NCBI GenBank assembly: GCA_964523995.1
Contig: CAZGBW010000001.1
Coordinates: forward strand, 1 to 50,482
Direction: 5' to 3'
DNA from: an uncultured Victivallales bacterium
GTDB taxonomy: Bacteria > Verrucomicrobiota > Kiritimatiellia > UBA8416
Length of the DNA stretch: 50,482 nucleotides
Both the position numbers and the translations under genes were made by a program. The notes under the pieces were generated by a model. It did no database searches and was not told the DNA's origin. It saw only the letters and a list, made by a program, of their open reading frames with translations. Shown piece by piece: positions 1 through 8,695 of this stretch. The first letter of the stretch is position 1. The number at the start of each line of letters is the position of its first letter.

Positions 1-33
1 TGCCCAAAATGGAGTAGGCTTCTATATGCCTAT

Positions 34-146
34 CACATCTCGATAATCGAGAAATAATATGACAGCGTTGTCCAGGTGTTTCTTCCATCGCGCATGGCAA
101 GTCCGGTACGCATAGATATTGAGCAATTATAGATTATCGAGATGTG
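34..146. repeat. 15-bp inverted repeat pair (CACATCTCGATAATC at 34-48, GATTATCGAGATGTG at 132-146)
   Basis: The arms are exact reverse complements separated by 83 bp of AT-rich sequence. Confidence 0.6.
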
Positions 147-175
147 ACCCCAATACAGATGACCCCAATACAGAT
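146..175. repeat. tandem direct repeat, 2 x 15 bp GACCCCAATACAGAT
   Basis: Two identical adjacent copies at 146-160 and 161-175, abutting the right arm of the inverted repeat. Confidence 0.7.
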
Positions 176-423
176 ACGCAGGCCCCGTCTGCCTGTGATG
201 CGCATAGATTCGCGGGCGACGCACGACCTTCGCGTCAGTCGTCAACACCAGCAACGCCTCGACCGGTAGCCGGGCCACCAGCTCCGTCGGCGTAAATTGG
301 ACACTTTTCGTCATATCTCCACTTTTCATCCCTTATCTCCCCTGTAGTGGACGCTCGGACTGTAATACCGCCACGCCAATTTATTAACTTGTATAGTACA
401 TAATCTATTATATAGTATCCGCC

Positions 424-759
424 ATGTCAACAAAAACCGCTACAGAACTGCTTGAAAAACGAGCTGAAATCATGGGGCAAATCATGCAGCTACAGGACGC
501 CCTCCACGGCTCAATCGTCGAGCGATACACGACCTGCCAACGGCCAACCTGCCACTGTCACAAAGGCAAAAAACACGGTCCCCGCCATTATTTAGCTATC
601 AACGAGAACGGCCACCAGCGGCCGAAATATATTCGCACCGCCGACCTCGACCGGGCCCGCCAAGGTGTTGCTAACTTCCACCGCATCCAAGGCTATCTCG
701 ACCGGCTTACCGCATTGAACCTGGAGATACTCCGTGCCGAGAGCCAACAACTGGATTGA
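424..759 (+). CDS. small Cys/His-rich protein, DUF6788-like, function unknown
   Basis: 111-aa ORF. N-terminal coiled-coil-like segment, then TCQRPTCHCHKGKKHGPRHYL (C-x4-C-x-C...HGP). This resembles small proteins classed as DUF6788 that often accompany mobile elements. Family assignment is from memory, not from a search. Confidence 0.5.
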   Translation: MSTKTATELLEKRAEIMGQIMQLQDALHGSIVERYTTCQRPTCHCHKGKKHGPRHYLAINENGHQRPKYIRTADLDRARQGVANFHRIQGYLDRLTALNLEILRAESQQLD

Positions 760-911
760 CCTGTACTACCCGAATTGCAGAGCAATAGCCTGGGGCATAA
801 GTGGAACGGTAATGGTTGTTAGGGTGTACAACACTAAGTTGTCTCACGCAAAGACGCTATGGCCATGTCAAGAGGAGATGCTCGGATCCATCAGGACGCC
901 CCCGTTGTCAA

Positions 912-2801
912 TCACTTGAAGAGTGTCTTGAGCTTGGAGTAGGCGGGATCGTGGGGCTGGCGCGGATCACCGGGGCCGAAGACGTGCAGTTCGCTGATAT
1001 GGACTCCGGGGTTCAAGCTGTTCTTCAGCATGTTCACGCGCAAATAGCGTACCAGAACCGGTTCAAACGTGTGCCGATAGCCTTCATGGACGGACGGATT
1101 CCGGTTTTCGCTTGCATTCACAATGGGGAGCCATTGCGCGCCGTCGGTCGAAATCTCGATGGTGTACTGGTAGTACCGGTTGTCGCCGACGTACGCATGA
1201 AGATGAACTTCCTCGAGTAATGTCGGTTGCTCCAGGTCCACCTGCAGCCACTGCGGGTAGGGCGAGGCATCCCAGTAGGACCCTTTGTTTCCGTCCACGG
1301 CAGCGGACGGCGGGAAGTCTGCCGAGGCGGGCTGGGAGGCGGACACCGGCCTGTCCGTAGTCCTGTTCTGCTCGCGATCAAGCAGCCCCTTGAGGAAGGT
1401 GTGGCGGTAGTGCCCCATGCCGTCCATGGCACGTACCGTGAGTTGCGATGTCTGGAAAGTTTCTGCAATGCCAGCCAGCGACATGCGCAGTTCCTGCGGC
1501 AGTGCTGTCGGATTGGCTTTCGGGTCAAACCGTTCCGCCTCGCCGGGAATCTCGACACAGGCGAAAGCCAGGCCATCATCGCTGCGAACCACGAGTTCGG
1601 CGGTGCCGGGATCCAGCGCAAAACGTATCGTGTTCTCGCGGGTGTATTCGCGCGCGTCCATGGCGAACCATCGGCTGGCCGCCAGCGCCGCACCGCAGAC
1701 ATCGCTCCAGCAGGGTTCCGGTTCACTCCCGAAAACGCGGAAATCAGGGTGATTGCGGCTTGGGGGATCAAAAAACGTAAGGTACCGGTTCAGGGTGTCT
1801 CCGCCACGCCGCATGATGCCGTTGGGATAATACCTGGTGTGCGGCAGGGTGAAGGTGTGGCCAAGCTCGTGCAGGCCGGATCCAATCGTCGTCGAGGCCG
1901 TCGCCCAGACGGCGAATCGTCCGTTATCATCGGCATGAGAGATCTGCGGGTCAATCTGGGTATCACTCATGAAAACCTTATGGATCTGCGTGACCCCGGT
2001 CGGCCATGTGTAAAAACAGGCACCCCCCATCAGCGCCATATCGCCTCCACCGAGAGCCGCATAGGCCGTGGCCTGCCCCGTGCCCGGAAGCAGGCGGCTG
2101 AAGGCCACGTTAACCAGATCCTTGTAAGGTCCCGACGGCAGTTGGCTTTCGGCTGCGCGCGCCGCCGCTCCGTACACCGTGCCTCCTCTGAGCGCCTGCA
2201 GTTCGTCGAAGGTGCCGCTCCCCTTGACGACATGAACAATCACCTTGCCGTCTTCGTCCAGCTCCAGATTGAACGTCTGGCGACCGTACCCGAGCCGGTG
2301 CATCTCGTCGGCAGTAAAGGTCTGCATGAGTTTCAAGGCCGCATCGAATTTTGCACGGTAGTCCTGCGGATCATCCGAGAACGGTGACTCGAAGGTCGGG
2401 GATCCTGTCTTGTCGGTGAAGTGCACAGCCCTCACTTTGTAGGGATTCGTCTGGGGCTTGTAATGGATGTTGACGTTCAGCGAAGCGGCACCCGCCTTCA
2501 ACACAAGCAGGTTCTCGCCTGGGACGAGCTCAGCCAGTGCCTTGAACCGCCCCATGCACGCCTGCCCCCGCAGCTCGCGCGAATCCATGTGCGACGACTG
2601 GTTGACGACGGTCAGCCCGTCCAGGGCCTTGTCTTCAAGCGTGCCGCGCAGCAGCACCAGCGGATAGCGCACAGTCTCGCCGGGCTGGTAGTTGACAAGC
2701 GCGATTGCCTGTCCGGCACAATCAGTCGGGATGCCGGATAGGGCTGACAGGCACGCTATGGTTTTGAAAACACCAGCGGCGACGCGTCTGGACAAGAACA
2801 T
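912..2801 (-). CDS. secreted zinc metallopeptidase (metzincin-like HExxHxxxxxH) with C-terminal F5/8 type C (discoidin, CBM32-like) domain
   Basis: ORF 912..2834, with the start moved to ATG 2801 behind GGAGGA (rc of 2806-2811). Hydrophobic signal-like N-terminus. HELGHTFTLPH motif. C-terminal AVDGNKGSYWDA..WLQVDL..YYQYTIEISTDGAQW..NPGVHISELHVFG discoidin signature. Confidence 0.75.
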   Translation of the reverse strand: MFLSRRVAAGVFKTIACLSALSGIPTDCAGQAIALVNYQPGETVRYPLVLLRGTLEDKALDGLTVVNQSSHMDSRELRGQACMGRFKALAELVPGENLLVLKAGAASLNVNIHYKPQTNPYKVRAVHFTDKTGSPTFESPFSDDPQDYRAKFDAALKLMQTFTADEMHRLGYGRQTFNLELDEDGKVIVHVVKGSGTFDELQALRGGTVYGAAARAAESQLPSGPYKDLVNVAFSRLLPGTGQATAYAALGGGDMALMGGACFYTWPTGVTQIHKVFMSDTQIDPQISHADDNGRFAVWATASTTIGSGLHELGHTFTLPHTRYYPNGIMRRGGDTLNRYLTFFDPPSRNHPDFRVFGSEPEPCWSDVCGAALAASRWFAMDAREYTRENTIRFALDPGTAELVVRSDDGLAFACVEIPGEAERFDPKANPTALPQELRMSLAGIAETFQTSQLTVRAMDGMGHYRHTFLKGLLDREQNRTTDRPVSASQPASADFPPSAAVDGNKGSYWDASPYPQWLQVDLEQPTLLEEVHLHAYVGDNRYYQYTIEISTDGAQWLPIVNASENRNPSVHEGYRHTFEPVLVRYLRVNMLKNSLNPGVHISELHVFGPGDPRQPHDPAYSKLKTLFK

Positions 2802-3052
2802 GGTATCCTCCTCGCATGCTGCACGGCATGCCATTTATCATAGCCAGTCACATGATTGGCCCATTGGGGAAACCATACGACGGCAACTGCACAGAAAGCA
2901 AGTGTTTTGATGATTAATAAACACAAAACATTATGACAACTAAAAATTAAATATGTATTAATTACTTATAATAAAGCATTTACAAAATAAATAGACAAAT
3001 TAGCCATCAAAAATAATCTGCCATTTGTATTAATAAAAGTCAACTTTAGGGG

Positions 3053-3082
3053 TTGACGGCTGCGTCATGAGCAGCCTATATT
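3053..3082 (+). promoter_or_regulatory. sigma70-like promoter candidate TTGACG-18-TATATT
   Basis: Hexamers at 3053-3058 and 3077-3082. They sit at the edge of a very AT-rich island, about 90 bp upstream of the GH20 start. Confidence 0.35.
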
Positions 3083-3170
3083 GCCTGCATCGAAACGGAA
3101 TAATTCACAACGGGCATGATACCGACGGGACCGCACTCGTTTCACTCTTCGCCCATCGGAAGGAAAGAAG

Positions 3171-6100
3171 ATGATGACTCACATCAGGAATGCAGGCGCG
3201 ATTACCGCTCTGGCGATTATATTGACGTCCATTCATGCATGGGGCGTGCCGCCGGGAGCGGATGCCGGGCTTAACCTGATTCCCTGGCCGAAGTCAGTGC
3301 AGCTTGAGCCGGGCTCCATGCTGATCGGGCCGTCTTCGCGGATTGTCGCGGGGGATCGTACACTCGTCCCGCTGGCGGAGACGTTTGCCGTTGAGCTTGA
3401 ACGGACCATGGGGTTCAAACCCGGGGTGGCCAGCGGGAGGACCGCGGCAGGTGACATCGTTCTGGCGATCGATACCGCCATCGCCTCGGACGAGCCGATC
3501 CGCACCCTGCGCGAGCGCGAGGTGGCCAGCACCGCGGACGGCGCGTACGTCCTGACCGTGACGGACTTCGTGGAAGTCCGAGGCTTCGACTACCGGGCCG
3601 TCGCGGAGGGGACGAGTACGTTGCTTCAGTCCCTGCGGAAAACCGATCGGGGTGCCGGCCTGCCACGCATGCGGATCAAGGACTGGCCACATGCCGATTA
3701 CGTCGGCGCGATGCTGGACGTGGCTCGCCAGAACCACCCGATTGAGGCCGTGAGGCAGGTGGTCGACCTGTGCCGGTTGTACCGCGTGCGTTACCTGCAT
3801 CTCCATCTGACCGACGACCAGGGTTGGACTTTCCCCTCGACCGCCTATCCCCAGCTTGGAACCCGCAACATCGGAACCCACGGAGGCGAGGCACCCAAGG
3901 TCTACACGCTTGAGGAACTCACAGAACTGGTTGCCTACGCGGACACGCGGGGTGTCACCCTTGTGCCCGAACTGAACGTGCCGGGCCACAGCGGAGCCGC
4001 CCTCCGTAGTTTTCCGGAAGTGTTCGATGCGATCAACCCCGCCACCGGAAAACCCGTGAACATGGGCTGCATGAACATGGCGAACGAAGAGATCTACAAG
4101 GTTCTCGACACGCTGATTGGCGAGATGTGCGATGTCTTCAAGAGTTCCCCCTACTTCCACATCGGCACGGACGAAGTCCAGCTCGGGCGCCTCCAGCTCC
4201 ATCCTGGCTACAAGGCGTTCATGGAGAAGCACGGCCTGCTGAACGAGGGAGATCTGGCCACATACTTTATCCGGCAGGTCAACGATATGGTGGCACGCCG
4301 GGGCAGAAAGGCGATCAAGTGGGAGGGCGTGGCAGACACCGCGAGCAAGGATATCATCATCATGACCTGGGATGATGCATCCCGGCAGGCGGAGAAGTAC
4401 ATTGCCCAGGGGTTCACCACGATTACCTGTCCCTGGGTTCTGGGCGTACCGTGGGAAGAATGGAACATGTACATCTGTAACGGCAGTCATCTCAAGCGCA
4501 CTGATGCCGTGCTGGGATCGACCGTGGTCATGTGGGAGCAGAAAGCCAGCGCATCGATCGCCATTCTGCGGACTCGGATGCCGCAACGACAGGAACGCAC
4601 GTGGGGGCCGGACAACACATTCACCAAGGCGGGCTGGGAACGGCGCCACAATGCCACGGACGCGCTGGCTGCTCGCCTGCTGGACGTTCCACATACTCCC
4701 AAATGGCCGGTCGGAATTGATACGACACTCGCGGCAGACGGACTGCAGGGGCCGGAACTGGCGCTGGATGACCGGAATCAAGACTCCTGGTTCCTGTCGG
4801 CATCCGCCCCGCGCCAGGGAGACCACTTCAGCATGCGCTTCACGGAGCCGGTCCGCCTACTGGAAATCGAAGTCTTTACCGGTACATCGGACGGCAGCCA
4901 TCCGTTCCATGGCGACCTGCAGCTTTCGGATGATGGCAGCGCATTCCGGACCGTTGCGAGCTTCAACGCCGAAGGGCACGCCAGGTTCGCGTCCGACGAT
5001 GGAGCGCTCGTCCGGACGGTCCGGTTGGCCACCACGGCGGACCAGACCGAACCGGTTGCCATCCGTGACATCCGCTTCACCAGGATGGTGGAGATCGATT
5101 CGGTGATAACTAACCCGAATGGAGCAGTAGGCGAGGGCAATGTCGCCGTTTGCACGGGCGACGCCGGCTTCAACACATGGGGCAAGTGTGCCGTGTCCGT
5201 CCTCAACCGCGGCCACAACTTCACATTCGTGACCGGCGGCGGCAATGCGCTGGAACTGACAGGGTCCTTCCAGGGAACCGGCCAGTTCAACGTCGACCAA
5301 GGCACCGATATGCCGGTCACGCTTTCTGGAAGCGGGACCAATACGTTCAGCGGCATGTGGCGGGTGAATCAGGGCCGGCTGGCGCTCGCCAAGCCCGCTG
5401 GCGTCACCGCGCTGGCGGGGCGCGTCGTGGTTGGCGGAGGACAGGGCGGGAAGGACGCGCTCTCCTGGAGTGCCCCGCATCAGGTCGACGATCATGCTTC
5501 CGTCGAACTGCTGAATGGCTCCAAGGGGGCGGCCCGGCTCCTTCTGAACGGGCACGATGAGAAGTTCGGCACGCTCTCGATGGTTTCCGGCGCCCGCATC
5601 GTGACGGATGGAAACAACAAGAGCGGCAATCTGGCGCTCGACTCGCTGGTCCTCGACGGCACACCTCTTCCGCAGGGGCTCTACACGAGCGGCCATGACT
5701 GGATTGAGGGTAAGGGTTTGGTCACGGTGGGGTCGGTGAGACGCCTTGAGTTATCGGGTGCGATGCCCGATCCGGCCCATGCGCTTCGGCCCGGCGACTT
5801 TGTTGTGTTGACCGGCCCGGCGACGCTGACCCTGAAGGGCGGGAGTTGGGACAACGCCGTGGATACCGGGACGCACTTGTTGACCATTGCGAACAGTCAT
5901 CAGCCGTTGCGGATCACGGGGTTTGTCAGTGGCCTTGGCAGCTTGCAGGTTCAGGCTTGCATGCCCGTGGAATTTTCCGGACCAGTGCCCAATGCACACG
6001 CCGGACCGACCCGCCTGAGCGGCACGGTCCGCATGAACAAGGACGGTGGAGCAACCGCCTTTTCCGGCGAGGTCTTTCTCGAGACGGCGGCCGACCGCCC

Positions 6101-7046
6101 CGCGCGGTTGACATGGCTGGGCAACGAACAGCTCGGGGCGCGAACGAGCTTGACGGTTCAGGGAAAGGATTCTGCAGTTCTGGATCTGGCGGAACACCAC
6201 GAGCATTTTGAAAAACTCGTGCTGACGGAAGTCGCCCGTATCAGGGTGCTGGAGCAGGGGATGCTCCACGTCCGGCAGTTGGTGGTAGGCGGTAACCCGG
6301 TCATGCCGGGCACCTACACCGCCGGGCATCCCTGGCTCGAAGGCGACGGTCCTGTCGTTGTAGACCCGCGCGTGGATGTCTCCGGCGTGTACAACGGTCC
6401 GAACAACCAGATCGGAATCGGCAACGTCGCCAACATGGTGGGGGATACCACCTTCGGTTACATCACCCGCGACAGCGCCATCCCGGTGGTCAACAACGGC
6501 CACAGACTCACCTTCGACAGCGGGCATGGCAATGCATTCCGCTACACGGGTGCCATCACCGGTGCCGGCGAGGTATGGTTCCAGATGGGACCTGGCACCA
6601 CAAACCACAAAGACGTGCCGATGCGCCTGGGGGGGGACGATCCGAATACCCTGAAGGGACATTTCCATGTCAAGATGGGGCGCGTCCAGCTTGAGAAGCC
6701 GGATGGCGTCACCGCCATCTCCGACGACGTCACGGTGGGGGGCCAGGGGTTCAACGACTGCCTGTTCTGGAAGCGTAACGAGCAGGTCGATGACACGGCA
6801 ACGATCACGCTGATCGAATCCCCCAACGCCGGCGCGGCCTACCTGCAGCTCAACGGGCTCACGGAGACCGTAAGGGCGCTGACGATCAGGGGTGCCGGGC
6901 GCGTCCTCACCGATGGTCCGGACGGCAAGGGCGGCGTGCTGACCGTCAGCACACTGACCCTCGGCGAGAAGGAATTACCAAAGGGCGTCTATACGGCCGA
7001 CGATCAGCCATGGGTGGAGGGCACCGGCCGCGTCATTGTCAAGTAG
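3171..7046 (+). CDS. secreted GH20 beta-N-acetylhexosaminidase with discoidin-like domain and three C-terminal autotransporter-associated beta-strand repeat modules
   Basis: 1291 aa with a signal-like N-terminus. GH20 motifs YLHLHLTDDQGW, VPELNVPGHSGA and HIGTDEV (D-E catalytic pair). The C-terminal half contains GTGQFNVDQG..TLSGSGTNTFSG..GRLALAKPAGVTAL-type repeats. Confidence 0.9.
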   Translation: MMTHIRNAGAITALAIILTSIHAWGVPPGADAGLNLIPWPKSVQLEPGSMLIGPSSRIVAGDRTLVPLAETFAVELERTMGFKPGVASGRTAAGDIVLAIDTAIASDEPIRTLREREVASTADGAYVLTVTDFVEVRGFDYRAVAEGTSTLLQSLRKTDRGAGLPRMRIKDWPHADYVGAMLDVARQNHPIEAVRQVVDLCRLYRVRYLHLHLTDDQGWTFPSTAYPQLGTRNIGTHGGEAPKVYTLEELTELVAYADTRGVTLVPELNVPGHSGAALRSFPEVFDAINPATGKPVNMGCMNMANEEIYKVLDTLIGEMCDVFKSSPYFHIGTDEVQLGRLQLHPGYKAFMEKHGLLNEGDLATYFIRQVNDMVARRGRKAIKWEGVADTASKDIIIMTWDDASRQAEKYIAQGFTTITCPWVLGVPWEEWNMYICNGSHLKRTDAVLGSTVVMWEQKASASIAILRTRMPQRQERTWGPDNTFTKAGWERRHNATDALAARLLDVPHTPKWPVGIDTTLAADGLQGPELALDDRNQDSWFLSASAPRQGDHFSMRFTEPVRLLEIEVFTGTSDGSHPFHGDLQLSDDGSAFRTVASFNAEGHARFASDDGALVRTVRLATTADQTEPVAIRDIRFTRMVEIDSVITNPNGAVGEGNVAVCTGDAGFNTWGKCAVSVLNRGHNFTFVTGGGNALELTGSFQGTGQFNVDQGTDMPVTLSGSGTNTFSGMWRVNQGRLALAKPAGVTALAGRVVVGGGQGGKDALSWSAPHQVDDHASVELLNGSKGAARLLLNGHDEKFGTLSMVSGARIVTDGNNKSGNLALDSLVLDGTPLPQGLYTSGHDWIEGKGLVTVGSVRRLELSGAMPDPAHALRPGDFVVLTGPATLTLKGGSWDNAVDTGTHLLTIANSHQPLRITGFVSGLGSLQVQACMPVEFSGPVPNAHAGPTRLSGTVRMNKDGGATAFSGEVFLETAADRPARLTWLGNEQLGARTSLTVQGKDSAVLDLAEHHEHFEKLVLTEVARIRVLEQGMLHVRQLVVGGNPVMPGTYTAGHPWLEGDGPVVVDPRVDVSGVYNGPNNQIGIGNVANMVGDTTFGYITRDSAIPVVNNGHRLTFDSGHGNAFRYTGAITGAGEVWFQMGPGTTNHKDVPMRLGGDDPNTLKGHFHVKMGRVQLEKPDGVTAISDDVTVGGQGFNDCLFWKRNEQVDDTATITLIESPNAGAAYLQLNGLTETVRALTIRGAGRVLTDGPDGKGGVLTVSTLTLGEKELPKGVYTADDQPWVEGTGRVIVK

Positions 7047-7072
7047 TCTGGCAATGGAGGAAGGAGGAGATC

Positions 7073-8695
7073 ATGGACCACTCGGCAAAACAGAATGACA
7101 CCATCGGAATGGATGCGGACCGGGTGACACAGGAGGCACAACTGCGCGATCATCCGGAACTGCGGCAGTTCACCGCCTCCCGCCGCGATCTCGCGAGCGA
7201 CCCTTACCGGCCGCTCTACCACTTCGTGAGCCCGGAAAGCCGGATGAACGACCCGAACGGGCTCTGCTTCTGGCGCGGGAACTGGCACCTATTCTATCAG
7301 GGCTTTCCGCCTGCCAACCCGCGACCGTACTGGGGGCATGCGGTCAGCCCCGACCTGACGCACTGGCGCGACCTCCCTTATGCGATCGGGCCCGGCCCCG
7401 AGGAAAGCTGCTTCTCTGGCTCGACCCTGGTGGAGGACGACCGCGTGATCGCCATGTACCACGGCCACCAGCTCGGCAACATGGTAGCCGTGGCGAGCGA
7501 TCCGCTGCTGCTGAACTGGGAGAAGCTGACAGGCGGCACCGTCATCCCCAATCCCTGCCCGATCTGGCAGTGGACCACTGGCGACGAACGGATGCCCGGG
7601 GTTCTCGGCAACCCGCCACCCGCAGGCGCCATCAACTTCGTCTATGATCCGTGCATCTGGAAGAAGGGCGACTTCTACTACTCAATCGCCGGAGGCAGCC
7701 TGTCGCATACGCCGAGCGGCCGGCGGATCCGCGCCGAGTTCCTCTTCCGATCGCGTGATCTTGCAACGTGGACGTACCTGCATCCGTTCCTGGAGGAGGA
7801 CATCTACGGACTCGCGGGCGACGATGGTGGATGCCCCTACTTCTGGCCGATCGGCGACCGGCACATTCTGCTACACTTCAGCCATATGAGCGGCGCGCAC
7901 TATCTTCTGGGTGACTACGATACCACCCGCGACAAGTTCGTGGTCTCCCATGGCGGGCGATTCACATTCGGCGCCTGGTATCCTGGCGGCGTACATGCGC
8001 CGACGGCCTGCCCGGACGGCAAGGGCGGCGTGCTCGCGCTTTTCAATATCAACTCGGCCAAGCCCACGCCCGGGTGGAACCAGATCATGAGCCTGCCGCG
8101 ACGGCTGACCCTCCGCGGCAGCCATGAGCTGTTGATGGAACCGGCCGGCGACATCGAATCGCTGCGGCGCGAGCACCATCGCGTGGCGGCGCGGAAACTG
8201 CCTGCCAACCGGGAGATCATCCTCGACGGCGTGCTGGGCAACGCCATGGAGATCATCGCCGAAATCAACCCCTGCGGCGCACAGATGGTGGAACTGAACG
8301 TCCTGCGCGCGCCAGGCAGGGAAGAGTTCACACGCATCGCCTTCTACCGGAACCGGGGCTACGTGGACTGGGTCCTCGGCAATGGCTGGGAGCGCTTCCA
8401 GTCATCGCGCGACAGCCTCGTCACGCTTGACACGTCGTATGCGTCCGAACTGCCCGACGCGGAATGCCGCGCACCCGAGACTGCGCCCGTTTACCTGGCG
8501 CCCGAAGAGACGTTGAAACTGCGCGTCTTCATCGACAGGAGCGTGGTCGAGGTCTTCGTCAATGGCCGACAGTGCCTGAGCTCCCGTGTTTACCCCGGAC
8601 GCAGAGACAGTCTCGGTGTCTCCCTGCGCGCGCAGGGTGCCGATGCCGCCCTCTGCGCCCTCGACGCCTGGCAGATGGAGTGCATCTACGCATGA
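7073..8695 (+). CDS. GH32-family (beta-fructofuranosidase-like) protein, no signal peptide, non-canonical acid/base position
   Basis: ORF 7010..8695, with the start moved to ATG 7073 behind GGAGGAAGGAGGAG. YRPLYHFVSPESRMNDPNGLCFWRGNWHLFYQ carries the NDPNG nucleophile block. YDP stands in place of RDP, and GGCPYFWP in place of ECP. Confidence 0.85.
   Translation: MDHSAKQNDTIGMDADRVTQEAQLRDHPELRQFTASRRDLASDPYRPLYHFVSPESRMNDPNGLCFWRGNWHLFYQGFPPANPRPYWGHAVSPDLTHWRDLPYAIGPGPEESCFSGSTLVEDDRVIAMYHGHQLGNMVAVASDPLLLNWEKLTGGTVIPNPCPIWQWTTGDERMPGVLGNPPPAGAINFVYDPCIWKKGDFYYSIAGGSLSHTPSGRRIRAEFLFRSRDLATWTYLHPFLEEDIYGLAGDDGGCPYFWPIGDRHILLHFSHMSGAHYLLGDYDTTRDKFVVSHGGRFTFGAWYPGGVHAPTACPDGKGGVLALFNINSAKPTPGWNQIMSLPRRLTLRGSHELLMEPAGDIESLRREHHRVAARKLPANREIILDGVLGNAMEIIAEINPCGAQMVELNVLRAPGREEFTRIAFYRNRGYVDWVLGNGWERFQSSRDSLVTLDTSYASELPDAECRAPETAPVYLAPEETLKLRVFIDRSVVEVFVNGRQCLSSRVYPGRRDSLGVSLRAQGADAALCALDAWQMECIYA

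Noticed and set aside
146-175. Possible CRISPR-like repeat
   Set aside because: There are only two directly abutting 15-bp copies, with no spacers and no cas genes. It is a simple tandem repeat.
33-329. 98-aa minus-strand ORF at the left edge
   Set aside because: Only the first ~45 codons lie in GC-rich, coding-like DNA. The rest reads straight through the AT-rich inverted and tandem repeats (giving YLYWGHLYWGH from the 15-mer repeat). At best it is a truncated gene start, not a supported CDS.
3294-4826. 510-aa minus-strand ORF inside GH20. Similar long antisense ORFs lie at 1227..2387, 16102..17196, 30403..31770, 34610..35995 and 45351..46640.
   Set aside because: All lie opposite ORFs with unambiguous family motifs (GH20, metallopeptidase, Gfo/Idh/MocA, GH65, GlmL-like). 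All have Arg/Pro/Gly-biased composition, so they are treated as GC-driven shadow ORFs.
3171-7046. Classical type V autotransporter
   Set aside because: The repeats are of the autotransporter-associated beta-strand type, but the protein ends ..EGTGRVIVK with no ~250-300-aa C-terminal beta-barrel translocator domain.
8464-8691. Upstream extension of the SBP-permease ORF. Similar N-terminal extensions occur at 7010-7072, 29675-29884, 31930-31986, 40049-40120 and 2802-2834.
   Set aside because: The extensions overlap the preceding gene or promoter, are Arg-rich and lack an RBS. The internal starts have Shine-Dalgarno sequences and/or stop-start coupling, and they expose sensible signal peptides.
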